DNA of 64,000 nucleotides from an uncultured delta proteobacterium (GCA_963832165.1 CAWHTE010000002.1:1-64000); one strand, 5' to 3'. Counted from the stretch's first letter, positions 46,391-59,924 are shown. Notes: generated by a model not told the origin, from the sequence alone. Made by a program: numbers and translations.

Positions 46391-48130
46391 TGCGCACGCG
46401 TCGTCCCGTCCGCCTGGCGGCCGCGCTGCTGGCGCTGCTCGCCACCACGGCCTGCGTCGGGCTCCCGGACACCGGCCCCGTCGTGCCCGCCGGCGACGAG
46501 GTGCGCACCCAGCCCGACGCCGACGTGGAGCGGCGCGCGCAGCCGCCCCAGGAGGGCCAGCCGCCGCAGGTCGTGGTCACGGCCTTCCTGCAGGCGATGA
46601 CGGCGTACCCCGTGCGCACCGACGTGGCGCGCCAGTTCCTGACCAGCGACGCCGCCGCCGGCTGGGACCCCTCGCGGATCATCATCTACGAGGGGCGCGG
46701 CAGCACCACGGGGCAGCGAGCTGGTGAAGGTCGACCTCCTCGGCGCGCACTGGGTCGACAGCCGCGGTGCCTGGCGCGGGCATCGGCGTTCCGGCGACAT
46801 CCGGCTGCGGTTCCCGATGGTCGAGGAGGACGACGCCTGGCGGATCGCCGTGGCGCCGAACGCGCTGATCGTCCCGGACGACTGGTTCCAGGACCGATAC
46901 CAGGCGGCGTCCCTCTACTTCTTGGACCCGACCGCGCGCATCCTCGTGCCGGAACCCGTGTTCGTCCCGACCGACCAGGTGGCCGCGGCGCTGGTCCAGG
47001 GCCTGCTCGACGGTCCGAGCCAGTCGCTGAACGACGTCACTCGGTCGTTCGTGCCCCCGGGCCTGACCCTCGGCCTGTCCGTCCCGGTCAGCGACGGCGG
47101 CGTCGCGACCGTCACGCTGGAAGGTGATCCGGGCCCGCTGACGCCCGAGGCCGCGAAGCTGATGGTCTACCAGTTCGCCTGGACCCTCAAGCAGGACGAC
47201 CGTGTCACCGGCTTCAACATCACCATCGGGGACCAGCCGGTGACCCTGGAGGGCGGCAGCTCCCAGTTCAGCGTCGACCTCGGTTCGGAGTACGCGCCGT
47301 TCGACGTGCAGGCCAGCTCGCTGCTGTTCCGGCTGCACGACGGACTGCTCGAGTCGGGGGACGCGGAAAGCAGCGAGGTCGTCGACGGTCCGCTCGGTCA
47401 AGCGAAGTACGGCGTCGAGGACGTGTCCGTGAGCCTCACGGCGGGTCTCGCGGCCTCGGTCTCGGGCGGCGGTACGGCGCTCTCGCTCAGCTCGGTCAAC
47501 GACGACAGCCACCCGCTGAGCCAGGTGCTCAGCGGTGCCACCGACCTGCTCCCACCCTCCTGGGACTTCGCGGACCGCCTGTGGCTCGTCGACCGGACGG
47601 CCGACGGGGCGCGGGTCAGCATGATCGACACCGCGCGGGACCAGAACCGCGCCATCCCGGTCGAGGTCCGCGGCATCACCGGCAAGCGGATCCGCGACTT
47701 CCTCGTCTCACGCGACGGCACCCGGCTCGTCGCCGTGGTCCAGGGCAAGCAGGAGGACACCCTCCGGGTGAGCCGGATCCGCTACGACGCCCAGGGTGGT
47801 CGCGTCGAAGTGACCCATTCGCGCAACCTGCCGTGGAGCACGGAGGACGTCCAGCGCATCCGCGACATCGCCTGGCGCTCGGTGACCAATGTCGGTGTCC
47901 TGTACCAGCTCACCCGCGATGCGGCCCAGGTCGCCTCGGTTCCGGTCGACGGGTCGTCGGCGCAGACGGACCGCGTCGGACTGCTGGACCGCGGCCGAGC
48001 CCTCGTCGCCTCACCCGTCCCGAACGAACCTCTGTACATCCGCACCCCGGACGGGCTGATCGACCCGACCGGCGCCGAGGGTGGAGCCGTGCCTCTCCCG
48101 GACGGCGTCGTGGTCCGCTACGCCGGCTGA
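46390..48130 (+). CDS. lpqB: Lipoprotein LpqB (one indel)
   Basis: Lipobox TTAC, GerMN (L.GPS), VSRDGTR propeller, terminal YAG; synteny. Confidence 0.92.
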
Positions 48131-48137
48131 CCCCCTC

Positions 48138-48189
48138 GTCCACAGGGCGCGCCCGGCCGGTTGAGCGGTGGCGGGCCGTGTGCTGCCAT
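48138..48189 (+). promoter_or_regulatory. Putative leaderless comF promoter with GTCCACAG element
   Basis: GTCCACAG 48138-48145; weak -10 TGCCAT 48184-48189; GTG 48196. Confidence 0.45.
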
Positions 48190-48195
48190 CGACGG

Positions 48196-48921
48196 GTGGA
48201 CGTCGACCGGCTTGCGGACGCCGCGGTCGACCTGCTGCTCGGCTCGCGTTGCGTCGGCTGCGACCGGCCGGGCCGCCTCCTCTGTCGCGACTGCCGGGCG
48301 ACGCTCGACGAGCCGGCGCGCCCGGCGTGGCCCACCCCGCCGCCGGCCGGCCTGGTCACGCCGTGGAGCGCGGCCGAGTACGCCGACGTGGCGCGCGCGC
48401 TCGTCCTCGGCCACAAGGAGCGCGCGATGCACGGCCTGCGTGGGCCGCTGTCCGACCTGTTGGCCCGGGCCGTCGCCGCGGCGGCCGACGACACGGGCGC
48501 GCAGGACGTGCCGCTCGTCCTCGTGCCCGTGCCGTCGCGGGCGGCCACCGTCCGGGCGCGCGGTCACGACCCGACCTGGACCATCACCCGCCTCGCCGCT
48601 GCCCGACTGCGGCGGCAGGGGTACGACGCCCGTGCGCTGCGTCTGCTCCGGCTGCGGGTCCGGGTGGCCGACCAGGCCGGCCTCGACGCGGCCGCCCGGG
48701 CGGCCAACCTGGCCGGCTCGATGTGCTGCCCGAGCAGGTCCCTGCGGCGCCTCGCGCAGCGCCGTACGCGCGCTCTTCTCGTGGTCTGCGACGACGTCCT
48801 GACCACGGGCGCGACGGCGCGCGAAGCGCAGCGCGCGCTCGAAGCGAGCGGGCTGAGCGTGCTCGCCGTGGCCACCGCGGCGGCCACCCGCAAGCTGATC
48901 CGGACCGGGGTTTCGTGGTGA
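48196..48921 (+). CDS. comF: ComF-family protein (zinc ribbon + PRTase)
   Basis: CVGC..LCRDC, LVPVP, RG.D, DQAGL, DDVLTTGAT. Confidence 0.92.
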   Translation: MDVDRLADAAVDLLLGSRCVGCDRPGRLLCRDCRATLDEPARPAWPTPPPAGLVTPWSAAEYADVARALVLGHKERAMHGLRGPLSDLLARAVAAAADDTGAQDVPLVLVPVPSRAATVRARGHDPTWTITRLAAARLRRQGYDARALRLLRLRVRVADQAGLDAAARAANLAGSMCCPSRSLRRLAQRRTRALLVVCDDVLTTGATAREAQRALEASGLSVLAVATAAATRKLIRTGVSW

Positions 48922-48933
48922 CCACTCATGGCC

Positions 48934-48939
48934 TAACGT
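48934..48939 (+). promoter_or_regulatory. -10 element (TAACGT) for the raiA RNA/hpf transcript
   Basis: TAnnnT 6 nt upstream of the first base of the closing stem. Confidence 0.6.
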
Positions 48940-48945
48940 CGCAGT

Positions 48946-49225
48946 ATGGAGTCCGTCCGGGTCCGTGGTTGCACCACCCGGGCACGGAAACAATTGCTGG
49001 GGTGGCTAGCCGAAGCCAGTCGCAGGCGAAACGGCCCACGTAAGTCCGGCCTCGCGGTCACACGCGGAGGCGGACGATCACGGTGCGGCTTAGAAGTAAG
49101 TCCTGCCTCGTCCTCGTCATCAGACATGACGCAGGAAGGGAGAAGGGTAGTAGTGGCGGAGAAGCTGCGAACCCCTCAGCAGGCGGTTGTGGGGTCGAAG
49201 ACCAGGTCGGCCGGACGGGCTCCAT
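48946..49225 (+). ncRNA. raiA motif RNA
   Basis: Closing stem atggagtccgtccgg/ccggacgggctccat; blocks matching the recalled raiA consensus: gtggttg, gccagtcgcaggcgaaacg, ccacgtaag, ggtgcggcttagaagtaagtcctgcc, tagtagtg, cagcaggcg, tgtggggtcgaagaccaggtc; comF-hpf context. Confidence 0.93.
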
Positions 49226-49255
49226 CCCATCCCCGACCGGTATCTGGAGGTATCC

Positions 49256-49873
49256 ATGGACGTGGTCGTCACCGGCCGACACTGTGAGCTCTCTGACCGC
49301 TTCCGCAGTCATGTCACCGAGAAGCTCTCCCGGCTCGAGAAGCACGACCATCGGATCATCCGCGTCCAGGTGGAGGTCGAGAACGAGCGCAACCCACGTC
49401 AGGCCGACCGCGCCGTCCGCCTCGAGCTGACCGCCTTCTCCAAGGGTCCGGTCATCCGGGCCGAGGCGGCCGCCGAGGACAAGATGGGCGCCCTCGACCT
49501 GGCCATCGACAAGATGGCGGCCCAGATGCGCCGGGCCGCCGACCGGCGCCGGGAGCACAAGAACAAGCACGACCGGGTCGCCGACCTGCTGCAGGAGGCG
49601 GCCCTCCAGGACGGTGCCGGGGCGGCTGGCGGCGAGTCCGGCGACATCGAGCGACAGGTCGGACCCATCACGGTCACCGGTGAGGGTCCGCTCGTGGTCC
49701 GCGAGAAGACGCACGCCGCGTCCGCGATGACCCTCGACCAGGCGCTCTACGAGATGGAGCTGGTCGGCCACGACTTCTACCTGTACGTCGACAAGGACAC
49801 CGACCGGCCGTGCGTGGTGTACCGGCGTCGGGGCTACGACTACGGGGTCATCTCGCTGGACCTGAAGGAGTAG
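49256..49873 (+). CDS. hpf: Ribosome hibernation factor (long HPF/RaiA)
   Basis: MDVVVTGRH, GPVIRAEA, VVREK.H...MTLDQALYEMELVGHDF, VVYRRRGYDYG. Confidence 0.96.
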   Translation: MDVVVTGRHCELSDRFRSHVTEKLSRLEKHDHRIIRVQVEVENERNPRQADRAVRLELTAFSKGPVIRAEAAAEDKMGALDLAIDKMAAQMRRAADRRREHKNKHDRVADLLQEAALQDGAGAAGGESGDIERQVGPITVTGEGPLVVREKTHAASAMTLDQALYEMELVGHDFYLYVDKDTDRPCVVYRRRGYDYGVISLDLKE

Positions 49874-49993
49874 CGACCTCACCCAGGGGGTGCCCGCACC
49901 GATACCGCCCGTTCGGGCTATGCACCCCTAGTGCTCCAGGTTGGCCATCCGCGCCCTGACATGGCACAAGCGTGTCATGATGCCGTGGTGTCC

Positions 49994-50671
49994 GTGAACG
50001 ACGAGTCGGCAACCCCCGAGCCGACACGAGTACTGGTCGTCGACGACCAGGAGCTGTTCCGACGAGGTCTCACCATGTTGCTCGCGGCCGAGGACGGCAT
50101 CGAAGTGGTCGGCGAGGCCGGTGACGGCATCGAGGGCGTGGCCCTCGCGGCCAGCACGGCGCCCGACGTGGTGCTGCTCGACGTCCGCATGCCCAAGCGC
50201 TCCGGCATCGAGGCCTGCCAGGAGATCAAGGAGGCCGTCCCGGCCGCCAAGATCATCATGCTCACCTCCTCCGACGAGGAGGCCGACCTCTACGAGGCCG
50301 TCAAGAGCGGCGCCTCCGGCTACCTGCTCAAGGACTCTTCCATCGACGAGGTCTCCCAGGCGATCCGCGTGGTGGCCGACGGCCAGTCGCTGATCAGCCC
50401 GTCGATGGCCGTCAAGCTCATCGACGAGTTCAAGCAGATGTCGCGGCCCGACCGCTCCGCCGTCCCCGGCCTGCGCCTCACCGAGCGCGAGCTCGAGGTG
50501 CTGCGCCTGGTCGCCAAGGGCATGAACAACCGCGAGATCGCCAAGCAGCTGTTCATCAGCGAGAACACCGTCAAGAACCACGTGCGCAACCTCCTCGAGA
50601 AGCTCCAGCTCCACTCGCGCATGGAGGCCGTCATGTACGCCGTCCGCGAAAAGCTGCTCGACCTGCCCTAA
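49994..50671 (+). CDS. NarL/LuxR-family response regulator
   Basis: VLVVDDQELFRRGL, GASGYLLKD, LTERELEVL, SENTVKNHVRN. Confidence 0.95.
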   Translation: MNDESATPEPTRVLVVDDQELFRRGLTMLLAAEDGIEVVGEAGDGIEGVALAASTAPDVVLLDVRMPKRSGIEACQEIKEAVPAAKIIMLTSSDEEADLYEAVKSGASGYLLKDSSIDEVSQAIRVVADGQSLISPSMAVKLIDEFKQMSRPDRSAVPGLRLTERELEVLRLVAKGMNNREIAKQLFISENTVKNHVRNLLEKLQLHSRMEAVMYAVREKLLDLP

Positions 50672-50853
50672 CCGCGAGTCGGCACATCTGGAGCCCAAAT
50701 CCACGCCGAGTCGGCGTATCTGCAGGTCTCAGGAGCGTCGAGTCGGCGCAACTGCAGATCGGCGATCGGCAGACGCGCCGACTCGAACCGCTTTCGGCCT
50801 GCAGATACGCCGACTCGGCGGCCATACGACCTGCAGATGCGCCGACTCGCGGT
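50671..50853. repeat. Composite inverted repeat (REP/BIME- or MITE-like)
   Basis: gagtcggc at 50676, 50708, 50740; gccgactc at 50777, 50809, 50841; perfect terminal IR accgcgagtcggc/gccgactcgcggt. Confidence 0.9.
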
Positions 50854-50874
50854 GTCGGTGGGGATCGTTAGTGT
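50853..50874 (+). promoter_or_regulatory. PafBC-type DNA-damage promoter
   Basis: TGTCGG-N10-TAGTGT, exact consensus spacing, 7 nt before GTG 50882. Confidence 0.75.
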
Positions 50875-50881
50875 CTCGCCC

Positions 50882-52084
50882 GTGGTGACCACCATCAGCA
50901 CGGCGCAGGCCCGGCGAATCGCGCTGGCCGCGCAGGGGTTCCTGGACAAGCCCCACGACCAGCCGACCATGCGGACGCTGGCGCGCACCGTCGAGCGCAC
51001 CGGCGTGCTGCAGGTCGACTCGGTCAACGTGCTGCAGCGGGCGCATTTCATGCCGCTGTACTCCCGCATGGGGGCCTACGACGTCGACCTGCTGGCGCGC
51101 GCCAGTGCGGGGAAGCCGCGGCGGCTGGTCGAGTACTGGGCCCACGTGCAGGCGCTGATGCCCGTCGAGCTGTGGCCGGTGATGCGACACCGCATGGACT
51201 CCTACCGCACCCAGCGGCACAAGTGGTGGGGGAGCGAGGTCAGCGAGGACCTGGTCGCCAACCTGATGGCCGAGATCGCCGACCGCGGCGCGTGCACCGC
51301 CCGCGACCTCGACGACGGCCTGCCCGGGGACAAGAAGCACTGGGGCTGGAACTGGTCGGCCACCAAGCGCGCGCTCGACTACCTCTACATGACCGGTGAG
51401 GTCGCGATCGCCGGGCGCAACAGCCAGTTCGAGGTCAGGTACGACCTCCCCGAACGCGTGCTGCCCGCCGACGTGCTGGCGGCGCCGACGCCGTCCCTCG
51501 AGGAGGCCAACCGCGAGCTCGTACGCCGGGCCGCGAGGTCGCACGGCGTGGCCACTGCTCGCTGTCTGGCCGACTACTACCGGATGCGGCTGCAGCCCAC
51601 CGACGGGAAGCCGTACGTCCTGAGCGCCATCGAGGACCTCGTCGAGGAGGGCGAGCTCGAGCTGGTGCGGATCGAGGGCTGGAACCGGCCGGCGTACCTG
51701 CACCGCGATGCCCGACGCCCGCGCCGCGTCGACGCCCGCGCCATGCTCAGCCCGTTCGACCCGGTGGTCTGGCTGCGCGAACGGACCGAGCGGCTCTTCG
51801 ACTTCCACTACCGGATCGAGATCTACACCCCGGCGCCGAAGCGGCAGTTCGGCTACTACGTGCTGCCGTTCCTGCTCGGCGAGGAGATCGTCGGCCGGGT
51901 CGACCTCAAGGCCGACCGGCAGTCGGGCCGGCTCGTCGTCAAGGCGGCGTACGCCGAACCAGGGGCGCCGACCGAGACGGCCGAGGAGCTTTCGGCCGAG
52001 CTGGTCCGGCTGGCCGGGTGGCTGGGCATGGACGAGCTCACGGTCGAGCCACGCGGCGACCTGGCGCCACTGCTCCGTTTCTGA
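50882..52084 (+). CDS. AlkZ/YcaQ-like (HTH_42) crosslink-repair DNA glycosylase
   Basis: ARRIALAAQG, LQVDSVNV, EYWAH, LSPFD, YRIEIYTP..KR..GYYVLP, GRVDLKADR. Confidence 0.92.
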   Translation: MVTTISTAQARRIALAAQGFLDKPHDQPTMRTLARTVERTGVLQVDSVNVLQRAHFMPLYSRMGAYDVDLLARASAGKPRRLVEYWAHVQALMPVELWPVMRHRMDSYRTQRHKWWGSEVSEDLVANLMAEIADRGACTARDLDDGLPGDKKHWGWNWSATKRALDYLYMTGEVAIAGRNSQFEVRYDLPERVLPADVLAAPTPSLEEANRELVRRAARSHGVATARCLADYYRMRLQPTDGKPYVLSAIEDLVEEGELELVRIEGWNRPAYLHRDARRPRRVDARAMLSPFDPVVWLRERTERLFDFHYRIEIYTPAPKRQFGYYVLPFLLGEEIVGRVDLKADRQSGRLVVKAAYAEPGAPTETAEELSAELVRLAGWLGMDELTVEPRGDLAPLLRF

Positions 52085-52197
52085 GCAGGAACTCCGGGCG
52101 CTGCGCGACCGTTTGACGATGCTGGAGGCCCATCACCCGCTGGGTAGAGTGGCGCCGCTACCCCAGACTTGTTTGGCAACCCAAGGAGTGCTCGCAC

Positions 52198-55070
<2,873 letters not shown>

Positions 55071-55074
<4 letters not shown>

Positions 55075-55544
55075 GTCGTCCGCATCGGGCCGCCGTACTT
55101 CTGGTGGGCCTCGGCCACGATCTCGGCGACGACGGACAGGGCGATCTCGCCCGGTGCCTTGCCGCCGAGGTCGTGCCCGGCCGGCACGTGCAGCTTGTCG
55201 AGACCTGGCACGCCCTCGGCCCCGAGGTCGGCGAGCAGGCCCTCGGCGCGGCGCCGGCTGGCCATCATCGCGACGTACGACGCGTCCGAGGCGAGCGCCT
55301 CGCGCAACGCGCCCGGGGCGTCGGGGGCGTCGTGGTCGCACAGCACCACCGCGTCACCGACACGCAGCCCGACGGACCCGAGACCGGGGCCGCCGTCGTC
55401 GTCGGCGATGACGACCACCTCGTGGCCGACCGTCGTGGCGATCGTCTCGATCGCGGCCGAGATCGGGTTGGCGCTCAGCAGGACCACCCGACCCCGCTCG
55501 GTCTCGTCGTCCCGCCAGGGCTGCTCGCGATGCACGTGGGTCAC
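55071..55544 (-). CDS. XdhC/CoxI C-terminal Rossmann-domain protein
   Basis: [41 protein letters not shown]. Confidence 0.85.
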
Positions 55545-55566
55545 CGGGCCAGTCTGTCGGCTCGTC

Positions 55567-56075
55567 TCACGCGAACTCCAGCGCGGAGCACACCCATCGG
55601 TCGCGGTGTCGCTCGAACCGGGCCGCGACCGCGCGCGACCGGCGGCCGTAGCGCACGTGGGCGCTGACCTCCGCGACGTCGGTCGCGACGAAGCAGGTGT
55701 GTACGCCCACGACGTGCGGCCGGGTGCCCTGGATGCCGCCCTGCCCCGGCCGGCGGCCGACGGCCTGCGCCACCAGCTGCGCCCGGCGGCCGAGGTCCTG
55801 GTAGACCGCGGGCGTCGTCCAGCGCAGCACCTGGGCGACCGGTCGGTCGCCGCCGACGATCTCGACGACGGCCTGCACGATCCGGCCCGAGAACCGCTCG
55901 AACTCGCGGCGCGCGGCCCGGCCGATGTCGACCACGTCGCCGGCCGCGTGCCCGGCCAGGTGGGTGGTGTCGGGCGGGTCCTGGCGGGGGTCAGGTCGAG
56001 CGCGAGCGTGCCCTGGACGCTGGCGACGCCGGCCGGCCGCAGCGGCGACGGCAGCAGGGTCACGTCGCCCGTCAT
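55567..56075 (-). CDS. Rv3235-family protein (one indel)
   Basis: VQGTLAL, VEIVGGDRPVAQVLRW, RSRAVAARFE...WVCSALEF. Confidence 0.85.
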
Positions 56076-56713
56076 CGCGCACCCCCGCGGATCTCCTGCA
56101 GGCAGGGTCAGCCGCTGGCCGGGCGTCGATGACCCCGGGGTCGGGGCCGATCACGTCGCGGTTGAGGGCGTAGATCGCCGGCCACGATCGCCGGCGGCCC
56201 CGAGCCGCCGGGCGGCGATGTCCCAGAGCGTGTCGCCCGGGGCCACGACGACCGAGCGGCCCCGGTCGCGCGTGCGGGCGTCGCGGCGTCGCCGGCGGTG
56301 CCGCCGGCGCGTCGACGACGGCGACCCGCTCCGGAGGCGCAGCCCGGCGAGCACGTGCGGCGCCGGTCGGCCCCTGGCCGCCCGCCAGGGCCGGGGCGGC
56401 CAGGCCGCCGACGACCGCGACTCCGCAGAGCACGAGGAGCGCGCGTCGCACCGCCGCGGGTACGCCGCGTCGGAGCGCGGGCGTCCGCGCACGGCGTCCG
56501 CGGTGACCACCGTCGCCACCACCCAGAGCCAGCAGGTCGTGGCGGCGGCGACCAGGGCGCAGCCCCAGACGAGCACGGCGTCGAAGCCGGCGCCCGGTCC
56601 GCGCGACCAGCACCGGGCTGACCGCCGGCGAGCAGCCCGGCCGCGGCCGGGCGGTGACCGCTCCCCACACGACGACGCAGCGGACGCGCGACACCCGCGA
56701 CCCCGAGATCCAT
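56072..56713 (-). CDS. Membrane LysM-domain protein (many frameshifts)
   Basis: VVVAPGDTLWDIAAR...WPAIYALNRDVIGPDP. Confidence 0.78.
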
Positions 56714-56796
56714 GGCGAACCTTTCGTTTGCTTCTGTTTGCGTTAGTCAAAGCCGTTTTGGCGTCGTTGACAAGGGCTCCTCCACAGGCCGACGAC

Positions 56797-57358
56797 GTGA
56801 CAGGCTCGACGCGCGTGGGCTGGGACGAGCGCCTCTTCGACCTCCTCGACGACCTCGAGGGGCAGGCCGAGGCGATGTACGCCGCCGAGCGGGACGCCGA
56901 GCTGGCCGACCGCAGCCGGGCCGAGTACGCCGGGGTCACGCTGGCCGGCCGGCTGATGGCGTCGGTCGGCCGGGACGTGGCGCTCGACGTCGAGGGCGTC
57001 GGGCCCGTGCGCGGGGAGCTGCGCCGGGTCGGCACGGGCTGGTGCCTGGTGCCGCGGCGACGGGGACTGGCTGGTGCCGGTCGACGCGATCGTGGCCGTC
57101 GAGGGGCCTCCGACCGCGCCGTGCCCGAGGTCGCCTGGTCATCGGTCGCCCGGCTCGGGCTCGGGTCGGCCCTGCGCCGGCTCGCCGACGAGCGGCACGC
57201 CGTGCGTGGTGACCATGCGGTCGGGCGCGCGCCACGAGGTCGTGCTCACCCGGGTCGGCGAAGGACTTCGTCGAGGCCGAGACGACCGGCGAGCCGGCCG
57301 CAGGATGCTGCTGTCCCTGGCGTCGGTGGGCGCGGTGCAGAGCCGCGAGCCCTCCTGA
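56797..57358 (+). CDS. Conserved actinobacterial hypothetical protein (frameshifted)
   Basis: LFDLLDDLEGQA...TLAGRL..S.G, LGLGSALR, RVG.DFVE pattern. Confidence 0.7.
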
Positions 57359-57629
57359 GTCGGCCAGCGCGGCGCTGGAGACGCTCAGTCACTAGACGGC
57401 GCGTTGACCAGGAGGCCGTGACGTGGAACAGGCCGTAGCCCAGCACGCCCGTCAGGTAGCCCGCCGCGACCGCGGTCAGGGCGTCGTCGCCGTCGCTCTT
57501 CAGGCTGGCCCAGGCCAGCACGAGCCCGAGCGTGATGGCGATGACGAAGGCGCCGGCGGTCAGGTAGACCGCCCACCGCCGCGCCCACGATGGCACCAGC
57601 GTGAACTGCCACCACCGCGAGATCGCCAC
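57246..57629 (-). CDS. Small 2-TM hypothetical protein (3' end uncertain)
   Basis: GTG directly after the tatB-like stop; two hydrophobic segments. Confidence 0.45.
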   Translation of the reverse strand: MAISRWWQFTLVPSWARRWAVYLTAGAFVIAITLGLVLAWASLKSDGDDALTAVAAGYLTGVLGYGLFHVTASWSTRRLVTERLQRRAGRLRRARGSAPRPPTPGTAASCGRLAGRLGLDEVLRRPG

Positions 57630-57958
57630 TCAGGTCGCGTCCAGGTCGTACGGCGGGGTCTCGTCCGCGCGCAGGGGGCGCTTGGCTTCGACCGCGTCAC
57701 GGGCTCCTCGGGCTCGTTCATGGCCTCCACGATGTGCTTGCGCACGATGGTGCGCGGGTCGAGGTCGCGCAGCTGGAGGTCGGCGTACTCGGGGCCCAGC
57801 TCGCTGCGCAGCTCGTCGCGCGCGGCGTGCGCGAAGGCGCGCACCTGGCGGGCCATCCGGCCCGCCTGTCGGGCGAGGTCGGGCAGCCGGTCGGGACCGA
57901 AGACGAGCACCGCGACGAACGCGATGACCAGCATCTCCTGGAGCCCGACCCCGAACAC
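57630..57958 (-). CDS. tatB: TatB-like Sec-independent translocase subunit (one indel)
   Basis: MFGVG..E....VFGPDRLP, ELGPEY.DL.LRDLDP, PPYDLDAT. Confidence 0.85.
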
Positions 57959-57961
57959 GGG

Positions 57962-59126
57962 TCAGAACTTACTGGTCGGGGTGAGCCCGAGCTGGAGACC
58001 GGCCAAACCGCGTCCGCGGCCGACGAGACCCGTCGCGACCTCGCGCAGCGCCACGGCCGCGGGGTTGGTGGGGTCGGAGTCGACGATCGGCTTGCCGGAG
58101 TCGCCGCCCTCGCGCAGCGACGGCTCGAGCGGGATCCGCGCCAGCACGGGGACGTCGTACCCGAAGCGCTCCGAGAGGGTGGCGGCCACGCGGTCGCCGC
58201 CGCCGGAGCCGAAGATGTCGAGCTGGTGCGACGGCCCGCAGTGCGGGCAGGTCAGCGAGCTCATGTTCTCGATCACGCCCACCACGCGCTGGTGCATCAT
58301 CGAGGCCATCGTGCCGGCGCGCTCGGCCACCTCGGCCGCAGCCTCCTGCGGGGTGGTCACCACGATGACCTCGGCGCCCGGCAGGTGCTGGCCCAGGGAG
58401 ATGGCGACGTCGCCGGTGCCGGGCGGGAGGTCGAGCAGCAGGACGTCGAGGTCGCCCCAGTAGACGTCGGAGAGCATCTGCACGAGCGCGCGGTCGAGCA
58501 TCGGACCGCGCCAGGCGACCACCTGGTCGCGGCGGGGCTTGAGCATGCCGATGGAGATGACGCTGACGCCCGAGGACGTCGGCACCGGCATGATCAGGTC
58601 GCCGACCTGGGTCGGCCGGGAGTCGGCGACGCCGAGCATGGCCGGCACCGAGTGGCCGTAGATGTCGGCGTCCACGATGCCCACCGTGCGACCCTCCGCG
58701 GCCATCGCCAGCGCCAGGTTGACGGTGACCGACGACTTGCCGACCCCGCCCTTGCCGCTCGCGATCGCGAAGACCTTGGTCAGCGAACCCGGCTGCGCGA
58801 AGGGGATCTCGCGCTGGGCCTGCCCGCCGCGCAGCGTCTCCTGGAGCCCGGCGCGCTGCTCGGCCGACATCACCCCGAGCGTCAGGTCGACGTCGGTGAC
58901 GCCCGGGACGGCGCGCAGCGGCGGCGTTCACGTCGCGGGTGATGGTGTCCTTCAGCGGGCACCCGGAGACGGTCAGCAGGACGGTGAGCCGGACCAGGCC
59001 GCCGTCGATCTCGACGGTGTCGACCATGCCCAGCTCGGTGATCGGGCGCTTGATCTCGGGGTCGTGCACGCGGGCGAGCGCGGCGTCGATCGCCTCCCTC
59101 GCGGGGGCGTGCGGAGAAGTGCTCAT
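57962..59126 (-). CDS. mrp: Mrp/NBP35 Fe-S carrier ATPase (one indel)
   Basis: DPEIKRPITELGMV, GCPL, ASGKGGVGKS, WRGPML, DLPPGTGD, ENMS..CPHC. Confidence 0.96.
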
Positions 59127-59221
59127 GGTGCGGCGAGTCTAGGCGGTGCACCCTGGCGACCCGACGGGGCACCGGGGGAGCGCTGGGCTTCATTCTCGCC
59201 AAGATAAGGTATTATCTTCAT

Positions 59222-59919
59222 ATGGTGCAGAAGAAGAAGATGACTTCAGTTGCGGGCGAGCCGGTCGCCACCGTCGTCGGCGACGTGGTCGGGTCTCGAG
59301 AGTACGCCGACCGCCCCGACCTCCACCTCCGGCTGGCGGGCCGGCTCGCCGAGCTCAACGACCTGCTGCGGGCCGAGGAGCACGCCGGCGGGGCGGCGAT
59401 CGTCGTCTCGCCGTTCCGGGTCACGCTGGGCGACGAGTACCAGGGGACCTTCGCCACGCTCGGTGCCGCACTGCGCGCCACCCGCTGGCTGCGGCTGGCC
59501 CTGCTGCCCGAGGTCGACGTGCGGCAAGGAGTGGGCTGGGGTCCGGTGCAGCTGCTCGAGGACGAGCCGCGCGTCGAGGACGGGCCCGGCTGGTGGGCGG
59601 CCCGCGCGGCCGTGGAGGAGGTCGAGCAACCTCCTTGCGGGCAGGGCACCGTCGCCGGCGGACGGCGTACGTGCGCGTCGACGGCTGTGACGGACCCGAC
59701 CCGGCGGCCGTGAACGCCGCCCTGATGCTGCGCGACGAGATGCTCGGTGGCCTGTCCGAGCGGTCGTTGGGGGTGCTGCGTGGTCTGCTGTCCGGGAGGA
59801 CCCAGCGCGAGATCGCGGAGAAGCTGGACGTGTCCGGCTCGGCCGTCTCGCAACGGGTCCGCCACGACGGCCTCGCCGCGCTGGTCGCGAGCGAACGACT
59901 CCTAGGAGAGATCCACTGA
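59222..59919 (+). CDS. SatD-family protein (frameshifted)
   Basis: GDVVGSR, TLGDEYQG, R.GVG.G, DGPGWWAAR.A, C-terminal HTH TQREIAEKL.VS.SAVSQR. Confidence 0.85.
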
Positions 59920-59924
59920 GCTGG

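Noticed and set aside
50671..50853. CRISPR array
   Set aside because: Units invert midway, linkers are only about 14 nt, and no cas genes are present.
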